A DNA stretch of 64,000 nucleotides. Source: Basidiobolus meristosporus CBS 931.73 (lineage: Eukaryota > Fungi > Basidiobolomycota). The notes beneath the pieces were generated by a model. It ran no database searches. It was not told the DNA's origin and saw nothing but the letters and a program-made list of their open reading frames with translations. The position numbers were made by a program, and so were the translations under genes. Below, piece by piece: positions 50,405 to 62,016 of this stretch. The stretch spans positions 62,001-126,000 of the forward strand of contig MCFE01000163.1 in the NCBI GenBank assembly GCA_002104905.1. Reading direction: 5' to 3'. Each line of letters starts with the position of its first letter. Within the stretch, counting starts at the first letter, position 1.

Positions 50405-51834
50405 ATGAGCAACCCACCACAACCAGATCCCTTCACCAGTGCTCGTTTTCAAAAAGCTCTCCAAATCATCAGCAGTTTTCCTGTTGACAGCTCCACCCTA
50501 AACCCAACCATCCAAGAACGTTTGGAGGTACAGACCAAGACTCCAATTATTCAGTACCGCAGCTAGTGCTAATCCCCTTCGTTTCGCCACAGTTCTACGG
50601 TCTTTACAAACAGGCCACCGTTGGTAACTGTACCATTTCAAAGCCCCCCATCTACGACCTGGTTGCCAGAAGTAAATGGTTGATTGCTGGGTTTGGATTT
50701 GCTGCCGGTTGACCCGTCCTAAACTCTTTGTTCGATAGGGAATCTTGGTGCTCTTATAAGGATCTAGAAAAGCAACATGCCAAAGAAAGATATGTGGAGC
50801 TTCTTGTACAGGTACGTGCCGACGAACCCCAAGTTTCCCAACGAAACGTCTAAGCTAACCGCGGCCATAAAAGTTTCTGAAAAAATTCCCGGATATACCT
50901 CAGGCCATCACCCTTGTGGACGCTTTTGAGCGTTCTCGAAGGGGATCTGATCCCGAGATGAGCAACGTGGGAAACGAAGGTACTTCAACACTTGAAAAAG
51001 TTCTCAGCAACATAAATTGAAGTGGAAGCCTTAAATTGGTAGTGTTGGCCAAATCGGAATCCGATACCGACTCTCCGGTTCCTTTAGAAGAGGGGGACTT
51101 CTATTCTGACGAGGATCAAATGGGCCAGAGCGGAAATATGAGCGAGCTCTCTGGCACCTACGGGAATAAAAAGTCCAGGAGCCTCACAAACTACCAAGGA
51201 CAACTGTTCGCTAACCCCTCGTACATGCCAGGAAACAGCAACCATCTCGCAAACTCGTCGTCGTCTATTTTCTCCGGCTACCAAGGCAAAGGGGGGTACA
51301 CTCAGCCAACAGGAAGGTCTAGGGATGACTACCGAGATGATGGCGGAGAGTCCAGCTCCAATCCTGAGGCGGAGAGGGCACTGGAGTATCTTCAAACCCA
51401 GGTCGCTGCCTTGAACGAAAGAATCGAAATCCTCCGCAGAGAAATCGTCGACAGAGAGAAGAAAAAGTTGCAGGAGAAGCACGGGATCAAGCACGTGCTT
51501 AAAGTAAGAGCGCGCCTTCGTTCGCCAAGAAGCACCACTAACCTGGCAATTCTTCCCGTAGACCATCATCAAACACGCATTCATCGACTTTGTGATAGTG
51601 GCCATCCTGTTCACCTACTTTTACCGAAAAGGCCACCCGCTGGCGTTTATCATAGGGACGCAGCTTCGACAGCATCTCACACAAACCCTGCTCACCGTCG
51701 TGGCAACTCTCAAAGGTAATCGGCACTTTTATCACGATTGCTTCCCCACATTACTAAGACAGCCCACCAGATGCGCCGAAGCTTTGGAAACTAATCAAAT
51801 GGTCCCCTCGTCAGAGTTAATTCGGATGGAATAA
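50405..51834 (+). CDS. Acyl-CoA-binding domain protein with coiled coil and C-terminal TM (ACBD4/5, Atg37-like); exons 50405-50527, 50593-50678, 50739-50811, 50874-50979, 51043-51503, 51562-51834
   Basis: FQKAL..I...RLEFYGLYKQATVGNC...P.IYDLVARSKWESW...AKERYVELL ACB signature; hydrophobic FIDFVIVAILFTYFY near the end. Confidence 0.88.
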
Positions 51835-52134
51835 GTTGTAAATGATGAGATTGTTCTCGAGAAAATTTTTATCAATTCCTGTCCACCAATCTAATAAATC
51901 CTGTGTATTTCTGAGGGAATCTGGATAAATTACTGCCAATCAATCGAATCTCATTTAAGGTGGTCTTGAATGGGAAACCAGGCGAGATTAAGCACCACCG
52001 AAAGAATTGAAAAAAATTGTCCCTTCTCTTAATTTTCCCGAAACCAGACGAACATATTGACATACTTGCAGAGAGTTGCTAAAACAAGCGCTGTATCTCA
52101 TACCCCTTAGAGTACTTGGAAAAACTGCCGGAAA

Positions 52135-54414
52135 ATGCTGCGCGGCTTGGCACGACGTTCTGCCTTACTAAACAATAGGTCTACTCTTTCGAAATGCGTG
52201 CAACATGGACGTCGTTTCAGTCTAGTCAGGCCTTTAGCTTCAGCCGTAACCAAAAAGGCCTTAGGTATGAATCCTTCTGGACAGAGCCTTCCATTTATAC
52301 TTTGTTCACATGCTCTTCCCCATCTAGAAGCTCGCCCCACCCTCTTAAAAACCCCAGGGGAGCAGGTGCTGGAAAGCTCTGCATCTAGCGCTCTCCATGC
52401 TGAGATTAAAGAGCTGGTCTATAACAATGCTTCCCCTACTCTTGAATCCTTTCATCAAGCACTCAAAAGCTGTGCGGCAGCAGGGGATTTGAACAGTGCT
52501 CTTGAGGTTCTAACATCCATGTATAGTGAGACCACTCGCTCGGTTACTCCATCATTCGAAACATACCAACTCCTACTTGAAACTGCCAAAGAATCCGCCG
52601 ACGTCGACCTTACCATTTTCCTAGTCAAAAGTGTCTTGGAGGGAAGAGCGCCGGTAGCTTACAGCTCCGGACAACAACCGGAGGTGGCTTTGAACCTGAG
52701 CGAATTCACCGCGGAGAGTTTGGAATTGAATTTGGACGTGTGGGAATCGTGCCTTTCTGCCTTGGTCTCTCCGAGCAAGATATGGTCCGATGACTACGGC
52801 CGTTTGGGCACCGAGGCCCTTTGGGTGTTGCAGAAAATGAAGGAAGTCGGGGTCAGATCGTTCAATGAGAACATCTGGGGCTTGTTCATTCGGGTATGTC
52901 CGGTTTGGTTCGCTGATCCTCCAACGTAGTTTCTCACGCATTCTGTTTCTAGACCCTTGGCTGCACCGGCAGCGAGGCCTCAATTCCAGGCGTTCTGCAT
53001 CAATTGCTCGCTAGCGATGAGGCGATGACACCCAGTATTTATGCCCAGGCAATCTGCGCTTATTCGAGGTGCGGGAACCTTCCTAAAGCCCTGGAGCTTT
53101 ACGATGAGATGGTATCCATATACGGTGCTTCTCCTTACAAGGAACCCCTTTGGGCACTTGCGATGAACACCAGCAAGGCGGGTGACTTCGCGAACACCAA
53201 GAAGCTGGCCTTGGCGGCACAAAACCTTGATGCCGCTCACTCGTCCGAAAAGAGGTCTTATGATTTCACGCCACACTTGCTCAGGGTGAGCAGCAATGCG
53301 ATCAGAAAGAAAACCGGAGTCAACAGCGAGAAGTTGATCAGCCATTGGGACTCGTTGATCGCCGAGGTTGAGGAATCTGGAAAGCTGTTCGACAAGGAGT
53401 ACTTCGGGCTTTACTTGGAGGGACATGGGTGTATGAACCTATTGGACGCTCAGAAGTATCCAATTGATCATATCAAGCGCATGCTCCAATCCACAGGAAA
53501 CCTCACAGGCCTAGAGGCGTATCAGGCAGCCATTGCTAGCTATGCCAGAACAGGCGAGTGTGCCGAGAAGCCTAAATTCCGACTACAAAGAATACTCGAG
53601 ATCGGCGAGATGATGAAGGCCCAAGGGCTCGAGTTCGATGCTACCGTGTATTACCACATGTTCGAAGCATGTCTACCCCATCAGGTTTTCGCCTACGGGC
53701 CCGAATCCAACATCACCTCCATCAAAAACGCCTCCCTGGACTACGACTTTGACTGGTCCGTGTACGACGTTGAGCGAATGATGATGAAGCAAGGGATCGC
53801 ACACAACCGCAAGACGTTGTTGGCCATGTTCTATGGGTTCGCCTTTGGTGGCCAATACGAGTCGATCAAACGCCGCTGGCGTGAATTGAGTCTGTCCAGG
53901 GTGCACCGCGACCGCGACCTTTACACCTCACTGGTGTCCATCCTCAAGGAAGACTACAAAGAAGCGATCTACGCGTTGACGGTCGTGCGCCATCAGATGT
54001 CAAGGGAAAGCCCACCTATCGAGCCGGATGCCAATCTGTTCAGTGCAGCTATTCGATTGCTGCTCGCTAACAAAGGATACCTCAGCCACCCTTGATGTGT
54101 TGGACTCCTTCAGCCAGAGCCAGGCCCGGCCGACCGAGGCGATGTACGAGTCCCTGGTGAGGGCGTGTCTAAGTGCGCCCCGACTGCTTGATCGAGCTAT
54201 GGAGATCATCAACCGAGCCAAGGCCCAGGAGATCACGCTCTCGGACAGCACCTGGGAGATGGTGGTCACACACCTCTTAACCAAGGAGAAAAACCCCAAA
54301 GAGGCCAGATTCACATTCAATGCGTACACCGCCATCCGACTGATGAACAAGGTTCCGCCCTCCGACTGGATCCGAGTGATGCAGTCGGAGTTCGAGAGCA
54401 AAAAGCGAAAATGA
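52135..54414 (+). CDS. Mitochondrial pentatricopeptide-repeat (PPR) protein; probable introns 52255-52329 and 52894-52952; apparent +1 frameshift near 54052
   Basis: Arg/Ser-rich presequence-like N-terminus; PPR-like units such as SIYAQAICAYSRCGNLPKALELYDEM, AYQAAIASYARTGE and MYESLVRAC. Confidence 0.8.
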
Positions 54415-54752
54415 GCCCCACCCCACTCCGCCTCCCCCCCCCACCACAAGCACATTCATTCCCAACTTAGCATGTTTGAAGTAATTTCTCACTCGGTTGT
54501 TCTCTATACAGCATAGACGGCATTTTTCACGATGTACATTGATCAACCACCTTTGTTTCTTAATAAATCGCATTCGTCTTGTACTGTTCCACCTCCCGCA
54601 CCACACTACTCTGTCGTGAACGAATTTTTTTCGCAAAAATTTGTGGCCGGGCACGGGACCCCCGGAGAGCCAATCTGAAGATTCAATAAAAGAAATTCAA
54701 GTGTGCCACGCATGTCTCTCTCTCCAATCTATCGTACGTCCGTTCAATCGTA

Positions 54753-55405
54753 ATGGTTAGTATACCGTTTAGCCTCGGTGTGGAGGATGGATGAACACCA
54801 ACGAAGTTGGATCTATGCTAGCGGACGTTCACTAAACTTCTCAATCCTAGGGTATCGACATTAAGAAACACCACGTTAAGAACGGCAACAGAACTGAGCC
54901 TCGTAGCCAGGATGTCTACCTTCGCTTGTTGGTGAAGTTGTATCGCTTCCTTGCCCGTCGTACTGATGCCAACTTCAACAAGGTCATCTTGAAGCGTCTC
55001 TTTATGTCTCGCGTCAACCGCCCCCCTCTCTCCATCTCCCGCTTGGCCCGTTACGTCAAGGGTAAGGAGGGTAAGATCGCCGTTGTCGTTGGTACCGTTA
55101 CCGACGATGAGCGTCTCTTGGAGGTCCCTAAGCTCTCCATCTGCGCTCTTCGTGTCACCAAGACCGCTCGCGCCAGAATCTTGAAGGCCGGTGGTGAGAT
55201 CATCACTTTCGACCAATTGGCCCTTCGTTCCCCCACCGGTTCCAACACCGTTCTCTTGAGAGGTCCCAAGAACTCTCGTGAGGCCGTCAAGCACTTCGGT
55301 GCCGCTGGTGTTCCCAAGAGCCACGCCAAGCCCTATGTTCGCTCCAAGGGACGCAAGTTCGAACGTGCCAGAGGACGTCGTGCTAGCCGTGGCTACAAGA
55401 ACTAA
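54753..55405 (+). CDS. RPL18: 60S ribosomal protein L18 (eL18); ATG-only exon 54753-54755, intron 54756-54850, exon 54851-55405
   Basis: [11 protein letters not shown]...[17 protein letters not shown]...[24 protein letters not shown]. Confidence 0.97.
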
Positions 55406-56691
55406 GCAGTTCACCACTCGATTAGACGGTCATCTTCCATTGAGCCTTTGGTCAATCATTGGTAACATTGGCATCCGGATCATCATTCATAATAAACAAT
55501 TCCCGATACTAGCCAACTTATGTGACATCTTCTATCAGTTAATTAAATGCGTGGTTAAGTTATCCCAGGCATCCCCATGCTTATCAATCGAATCCACGGG
55601 AGGAGACGCTTCGGTGCTTATCTATTTACTTAAAGCTTATCACGCTGCCTAAAGCAAAACAAACCAGACAAATTAACCTCGGATTAGGACGAACGCTCAT
55701 ATTAAGGCCGGAAATCCCGCGATGAAAGGGGATACTGGGTCCGGATACGGAAGCGTATAGGCTCGTGTCTTGATATTAGACATTGTACTAGGCAGGTCGA
55801 TATGTCCATGTGATATGGATGCTTGTTTTTGGCTCCTTTTAAGCACAAAGTGTGGTCCGTTCATAGGCGACTGATGATAAGGCTTAAACGAGCAACATGC
55901 AAAGTCACCATTTTCACCAGTTAAGTGCACAAGCCGCATCATGATGATTTGTCCTGCGATCCAAATGCGTAGGATGGGCTTGGCGAGTGCCTATTCAGGC
56001 TAGATATGATGAGCGTAGACAACGAAAATCCACCATTAAAATCCACCATTAAATTGTTATTGTCGTTCCCAAGAATAGTGTGCGGGAATCGTGTGCGAAT
56101 GGACCGCCAGGCGGAGGCTTCACTGGAATGGATTCGAAAGAAGATCCCTGGGTAAGTGAAGCCCATTCGTCAAGCTAAATCGAATGGAAAAAAACCCCCC
56201 AAATAAATGGACATGTGGAGTGATTGCTGCAATGCTACCAGAGATGTGGTCGAATAACAAGTGGAGGTCTAGATTTGCGAATGCACATTTGATCTCTGTA
56301 TGCTTTGATTTGCACACTCGATCCATTCTGGCGTGTATCGTTCGCCGTCTATATTGGGTAAGGTGCATCTTGGATGGTTGGCCCAGAGTCAAGCTGTGCT
56401 ACAGTGGCAGCGATATGTCGATATTCTTCAGATAGATGCACCACAACCTAACCGCATATGATATATCTTAAATTGGTAGATCAAACGATTGATGCATCTC
56501 CGCTATATACAGCCCAATACACAACAAACTCGCCGAAAATTCTTCTTGGATGTCTATTAATTTTTACATTGGAAGTTTCATACATGTGCCAACGAATGAA
56601 CATGGGGGTGATGAGATTGAGGAGTGTAGCGCTGGTGGACAGCACTTGTCAAGCGGGAGGGAGGTGGTGATAGCAAAGCTGTGCAGTTCAT

Positions 56692-57189
56692 CTAGGGCTC
56701 AGGGGAAAGGTTCACCCACTTGAGCCGAACTTTCTTCCCACGCGAAGGTTGTTGGGGAAGAGGCATATGTGTACGCAAATGTCGCCGTAGATTGGACTCC
56801 ACGTTGAAGCGCTTTTGACACCCATGGTAACTGCACTCGAATGGCTTCTCTCCGGTGTGCGAGTACATGTGGATCCGCAGCGCGCTTGGCCTCTGGAAAC
56901 TTCGTGAGCATAGTGTACAGTGGTGTCTTTTATTTGTGTCGGAGGCAATGTCAGAATGGGATGGCGAACTACCGGCAGAAACTGACTGGTGTAGCATGCC
57001 CATCCCCATGCTCTCCTCGTAGTCCTGAGTATCATCGGATTCTCGTGCGAATGGATCCTCTTGTTCTTCGAGCTCTCTGTTCGGGTATTCGATGATTACT
57101 GGTATCTTTTGGTCTACAATATCATCTGAGGTATTTAAAAGAAAGGCGATGTCCAGTCTTGAGATGTCCCGGGTGTTTCTGCTGTCCAT
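56692..57189 (-). CDS. Two-finger C2H2 transcription factor (Nrg1-like fungal type) with an N-terminal LDIAFLLN motif
   Basis: [50 protein letters not shown]. Confidence 0.9.
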   Translation of the reverse strand: [165 protein letters not shown]

Positions 57190-58291
57190 GTAGAGTAACT
57201 GAAGAGCAAGTGGTGATTAGGTGGAGGGGGTGGCTATTGCATAAGCATCAAAGGTCTATGTCAATGTACAACGGGGAAGAATTAGTAGAAAAGGAAGTTC
57301 AAAAATGATTAGAAGCAATATGGAAACTGGAAAGCAACTCAGCAGGGAGAGTGCATCGCTTGGATTATATAGAAAACTGAGTGGAGTATCAGACAAATTT
57401 GTCATTCGTGGCCAGCAAATGAGACGATAGGGTGAGGGATTCGGCCGAATTTAGCATAGAAGGTATTATATAAGTGGTCTCATGTAATCGTGAGCCACTC
57501 TAGCCTAGAAAATGTCAAGTAAGCCTCTGGTCAACCTCGCTGCACGCAAACCTCTCTAAGACTCACTTGACTACCACCAGATTTAGTGGGCAAGCCCAAA
57601 CCTAGCGAATGAATGCTCGTATCTCCTCTCCTGTTTCACCGGCATCAAATATAGTAAGGAAGGACGCGGAAAAGGCGGAAAAGGCGGGAAGCCCTGGCAT
57701 CCCTTATATTTGTTTGTGAGACCCGAATATTGTGGATTTGAAACGAAGCAGCCTTGATGTTTTATTGCAATTACCCTCGTAGGTTGGTGATCGTACGGAA
57801 ATCTATTTATCACCACCAACACCAAGCTGACCAATCTCGATCAGAAAGTTGCATACCATCTCACGCAATTACCTATATGGAAAGTGGGGAGGTAGGCTTT
57901 GTACTACGAGGGTCGAGCGAAAGATGAAGCGTACCGGGGAGTGAAAAGTAGTGCATCGATTGACTTTAATGGGCATGGCTGAAGTGCGCCGTGTTGGTGC
58001 TGACTTGGCCTTACTTCACATATGAGTGTGGCGAGGTCCAAGACCGCTGTCGCACATATATTCTCAATTGAAACTAGCCGCTTTTGGGTTAGTGAATAGC
58101 AAAGTACTCATCGAATAAACAGGTTGGGTGGAGTCTAGAATCTCTCTTCACCAAAATAGATTAGATATGATTCCTATAGTCTAGGGCTAGGGGTTTGATT
58201 TGGGTGAGTGCTGTGGCCTGTTCATTCCATGGAGTACTCATGATGGACCCCAGCTGGGCCGCAACAAAACACTGCTTTATTTTTATGGCTT

Positions 58292-58774
58292 CTAATGGCT
58301 TTGCTTCACCGCATAGACATGATCGGAATTGATCGTCATAGAGATGTTGTGGTCGAGTCCATGAACTTTACAGAGTTGGTTAATGTTTGGATCTCGCTTA
58401 AATGGGTCCATACTGAGCTTTACATGTACCTGTGACTTTTTGGAGTTCGCTTTCATCGGATTTGCTTAGTAGAGAAGATACATCTTGTAGAAGCTTGTTG
58501 ATGGTCTTCACTTCATCTGGTTTACCAAGATCACCAGTAGACTTTTAGTAATAGATCGATGTTAGTCTAGGCGTCCCTGTTCCTTCAAAACGACATGAAC
58601 TTACCGAGATCAGATTTCCCTCAAGATCGGAAACGAATGACCCGGTGTGGTTGGGTAGAGAGGCAAGTGCTTGGAACGACGATTGCTCGGCCTAACGGAA
58701 TTTCTGGTTAATCTCAAGCATAGCTCTGTCTCTCTCTCTACTGTGATATAACTTGTGGATGCTTTACTTACCAT
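58292..58774 (-). CDS. LAMTOR4-like Ragulator subunit, 91 aa; exons 58774-58772, 58691-58605, 58541-58430, 58365-58292
   Basis: Spliced by eye: MAEQSSFQALASLPNHTGSFVSDLEGNLISSTGDLGKPDEVKTINKLLQDVSSLLSKSDESELQKVTVHGLDHNISMTINSDHVYAVKQSH. Three GT-AG introns (80, 63 and 64 bp) keep frame, and the pattern resembles LAMTOR4 (roadblock fold). Confidence 0.72.
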
Positions 58775-58868
58775 TTCTGTAGTTACGAATCAAGGAAATA
58801 GCCAAAGTCACCATTGAAAATTGGGGAAGGGGAGGCACGTGATCAGGAAAATTTCATCATGCATAACT

Positions 58869-61841
58869 TTATTGATGTTGAATCAGATCTAGAAGTTGGG
58901 GGTTAATCAGAACAGGGCGAACAGTGTTGGCCGCAGAAAGGAGTGGATTTTCGAATCTGGCTGATGCACTTTTCAATGCAGTAACAATCATTTGCTAAGG
59001 TAGGGTTAGCGGTGGTTATCAAGGTTATGTATGCTGATGAGTCGGATTTACCTGGTATTGGGCATTGTCATCGTTCAGTTGCAGCATCAGGGTCCTTAGA
59101 ATGTTTTCTACATGACTCCCCTCAAAGTTTGGTGAAACGGCGTCTAGTAGCCGTGAAACGCTGATAACTGCTTCGTTTCTTACTTCATCCTGAGCATCGT
59201 CCAGTCTCTTCAAGATCTCCGGATACATGGCGATGATCAATCGATCTAATGTTTGCTTAGCATGGATCCACGTGATGGTTAGGGTTGGCACCACTTACCA
59301 TCAGCCATCTGGGGGCAGAAGCATTTCGTCGTCTCCTCCAGCAGTTTCAGCGATCTGAGGCGCGTGCCCGGAATCTCATCTTCCAAGGATTGGCACAGAA
59401 TCATGACCAGCTGGTTGGACTGCTTCGGATCTAGCGAAGTGCTGGAGCGGTTGGATCTCAGCAAAACGTATAGGCTCTCCATGGCTGCTGCCCTTACTGT
59501 TGGGGTCTTTTGAGGCGGGTGGTATTCTAGATTGGGCAAAATGATCTCAAAGACTAATGACACAGCGTGTTGATCCTTAATAGATGTGTGCTGGAACACG
59601 CTGTTCAACGTCTGGAAGATCCTATTCCAGTTTTTAGCATTGTTTCAGTTTTTAGCATTGGGATGAAAACCCAGATTGAATGAAGCATCCCTACCGAACC
59701 CTAAGCTCCGAGTCTCGTTTGATATCAGTGAGCGTTTTCAAGCTGCTCAACACCTGGTCTAGATGGGGTTCGATGAATTCTCCTGATTCCACCAACAGTC
59801 GGCAGAACATTCGGAATTGCTCCGAATCTGTGTTCCACTTGGATTCGCTGCGCTTGAGCTTCTCGAGAAGATCATCAAAGTATTCGGCTACAAGTTCACT
59901 TGGGTTTGCGAATCCGTGCATAGCAGAGAGTGCGGAGATCGCTGCAGGGATCTTATCTGCGCCCTGGAGAACATTGGTTAGCGAAGCTCGCAGCATCTAT
60001 TTCTCAGAATCACCACCTTGCGGTCGTCTTCAAGGATCAGCAGAAAATGAAGCAGCTGGTATCCTTCTGGGCATTTGGTCAACGTTATCCCTCCTTCGGA
60101 CATTTTCGTCACGAGATTGTATGCGATGTCCACTGAGCTCTGGACGCATTCCTCTTGAATGAATTTCCTGTGGCAAAGAGTCTCAACCAGCCAAGGGACG
60201 ATCCCCAAAAGTTCGGAGCAAGAGGACCCACGAATGCATGACTCGAGCACCATTAAAAGGTTGGGGCGGGTCTCTTGGCTAGCCATATTGATCTGCTGCA
60301 CAGTCAGGTGAGCATAGATTGAAGGGTGCACATACTTTCCCAGAGTCACTGCACATTTGATTCCCTAGCCAAGCGTTAACATGGTTGAACGTTACGATAG
60401 AATGAGCTTCGCCTACCTGACTGACAACAGATGAATCTTTGTGTTGAGCCTGCATGTACAGACTCTGTAGAATTTTGGCTGTGTGGACCTCGATGGCTTT
60501 TCCCGCGTGCTCTATCAATGTATCAAGGACCTTCAAGGCCAGCACTCTATCAGTAGTGCACCAATGCTGTGTGTCTTCGAGAATCATGGGAAGAGCGTAT
60601 TCAATTGAATTCTGGGCCAACGATCCTGACGAGCAGCGTTAGAACTGATGCTATATCGCTTGGAAAGATAGCTCGCTTACCCGTTGACTTATCACTATCG
60701 CCATACCACTTTTCCAGGTCGGTAAGGTATTGACGGCATAATGTTTGCAAATCTCCAACTTCGTCGGACATTCCTGCGAACACAATTGGCAGGATTTTGA
60801 AGCTGGAGGTGTCTTGAATTGATTGATGGATCCAGTGCTTAACTACAGTGTAAAGCTCTTGGCGGACTGATGCTGACTTGTCGAAGACCAACTTATGAAG
60901 GTGTTCCAAAATCAAGTCGAGGCTAGCCATATCCAACTCCACCAGCACTTCAAGTGCCTAATGATGAAATACGTTAGATTCCCAACGACCCTACGCTGCG
61001 TAAAGAGCGATTTACCCGAAGCGAAGATATTCTAATGGACGAATGTCGATGTGTTAAAGAAGGTATCAATGCTTTGACTAATGGTTGAGCCTGTAAGCGA
61101 AGATCTTTTCCAGCAATTCTACCAAGCTCGGTAACTAGCTGAATCGAGCGCTGCAGGAAATACGAGAATCAGTAAGTATGGTCAGAATATGCTTCTGAAC
61201 TAAGCACTCTACTTTTTTCAACTCTGGAAAGACATCCTGTAAACTGGCTTGGAATATTTCTACAAGAATATTGACCACGTCGTGCTCATATCCTCCTTGC
61301 TTGATGACTTCTCCGCACACCTCAATCCATTCCAGACGGATTTCTTCAACACTCTCGATGTTTTCCTCGGTCAGCCTTTCTTTAGCTACCTTAAGCACCC
61401 TCAGTTTATGCTGAACTGGTGATTCTTTTTCGAATTTGATGAAGCTTAAATGTCCACAATACTTAGAGGCAGTTCTTTGACAAGTAGCTGCCAAGTATAC
61501 ACTTACTTTGCGATGATCTTGACGCTTAATTCTCGACATTTCTCCACTGAATCAACACTCATGCTCAACAAAGTCTCCCCGAGGGCTTCAAAAAGCGCCA
61601 CATAGACCGCATCATCCTTCTTGCTTCCGAATATGACTTTATCTATGCTTTCCAAGGCGCGACGTTTACTCACACGATCAGTACCTGTGTCATTTAGCCG
61701 ATTGACATCGCGTTGAATGGACTAACGTCGGAAGAACAGAAGGGTCAATAAGAAATCGAGCAGAAAGTCCGAATCGAACTGCAAGAATACCTGAAGGGTA
61801 AGATCATACAGTGACAGCTGCTCTGTCGTGAGATTCGACAT
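58869..61841 (-). CDS. DNAAF5: HEAT-repeat protein, dynein axonemal assembly factor 5 (HEATR2) homologue, multi-exon
   Basis: N-terminus LQSIQRDVNRLND...KRRALE...SVDSVEKCRELS; IESVEEIRLEWI; LQDVFPELKK; LVFDKSASVRQELY..V..W; KRLDDAQDEVR; first intron 61790-61722. Not every internal splice site was checked. Confidence 0.8.
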
Positions 61842-62016
61842 TCTACTATGTGTTGTATATAACTAAGAGAAACTAAACAATGAGTACCACAGCCAATAGT
61901 TAAGCAAAAGAGCGCAAAAGAGCGGCGAATAGCCACCATTATCCAAGATTAATATCCATTCGTGATTAAGAAAATAAACAACATTCCGATTTATTAATTT
62001 TGAGAAATTTTCTTCT

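Noticed and set aside
54756-54850. snoRNA in the 95-bp RPL18 intron
   Set aside because: There is only a weak C-like GGATGA, no CTGA D box and no terminal stem.
55941-56020. Stand-alone C/D snoRNA suggested by ATGATGA at 55941 and about 56006
   Set aside because: I found no suitably spaced CTGA, terminal stem or recognisable rRNA complement.
56099-56160. Possible small exon MDRQAEASLEWIRKKIPG followed by GTAAGT
   Set aside because: I could not build a convincing downstream exon or recognise a product.
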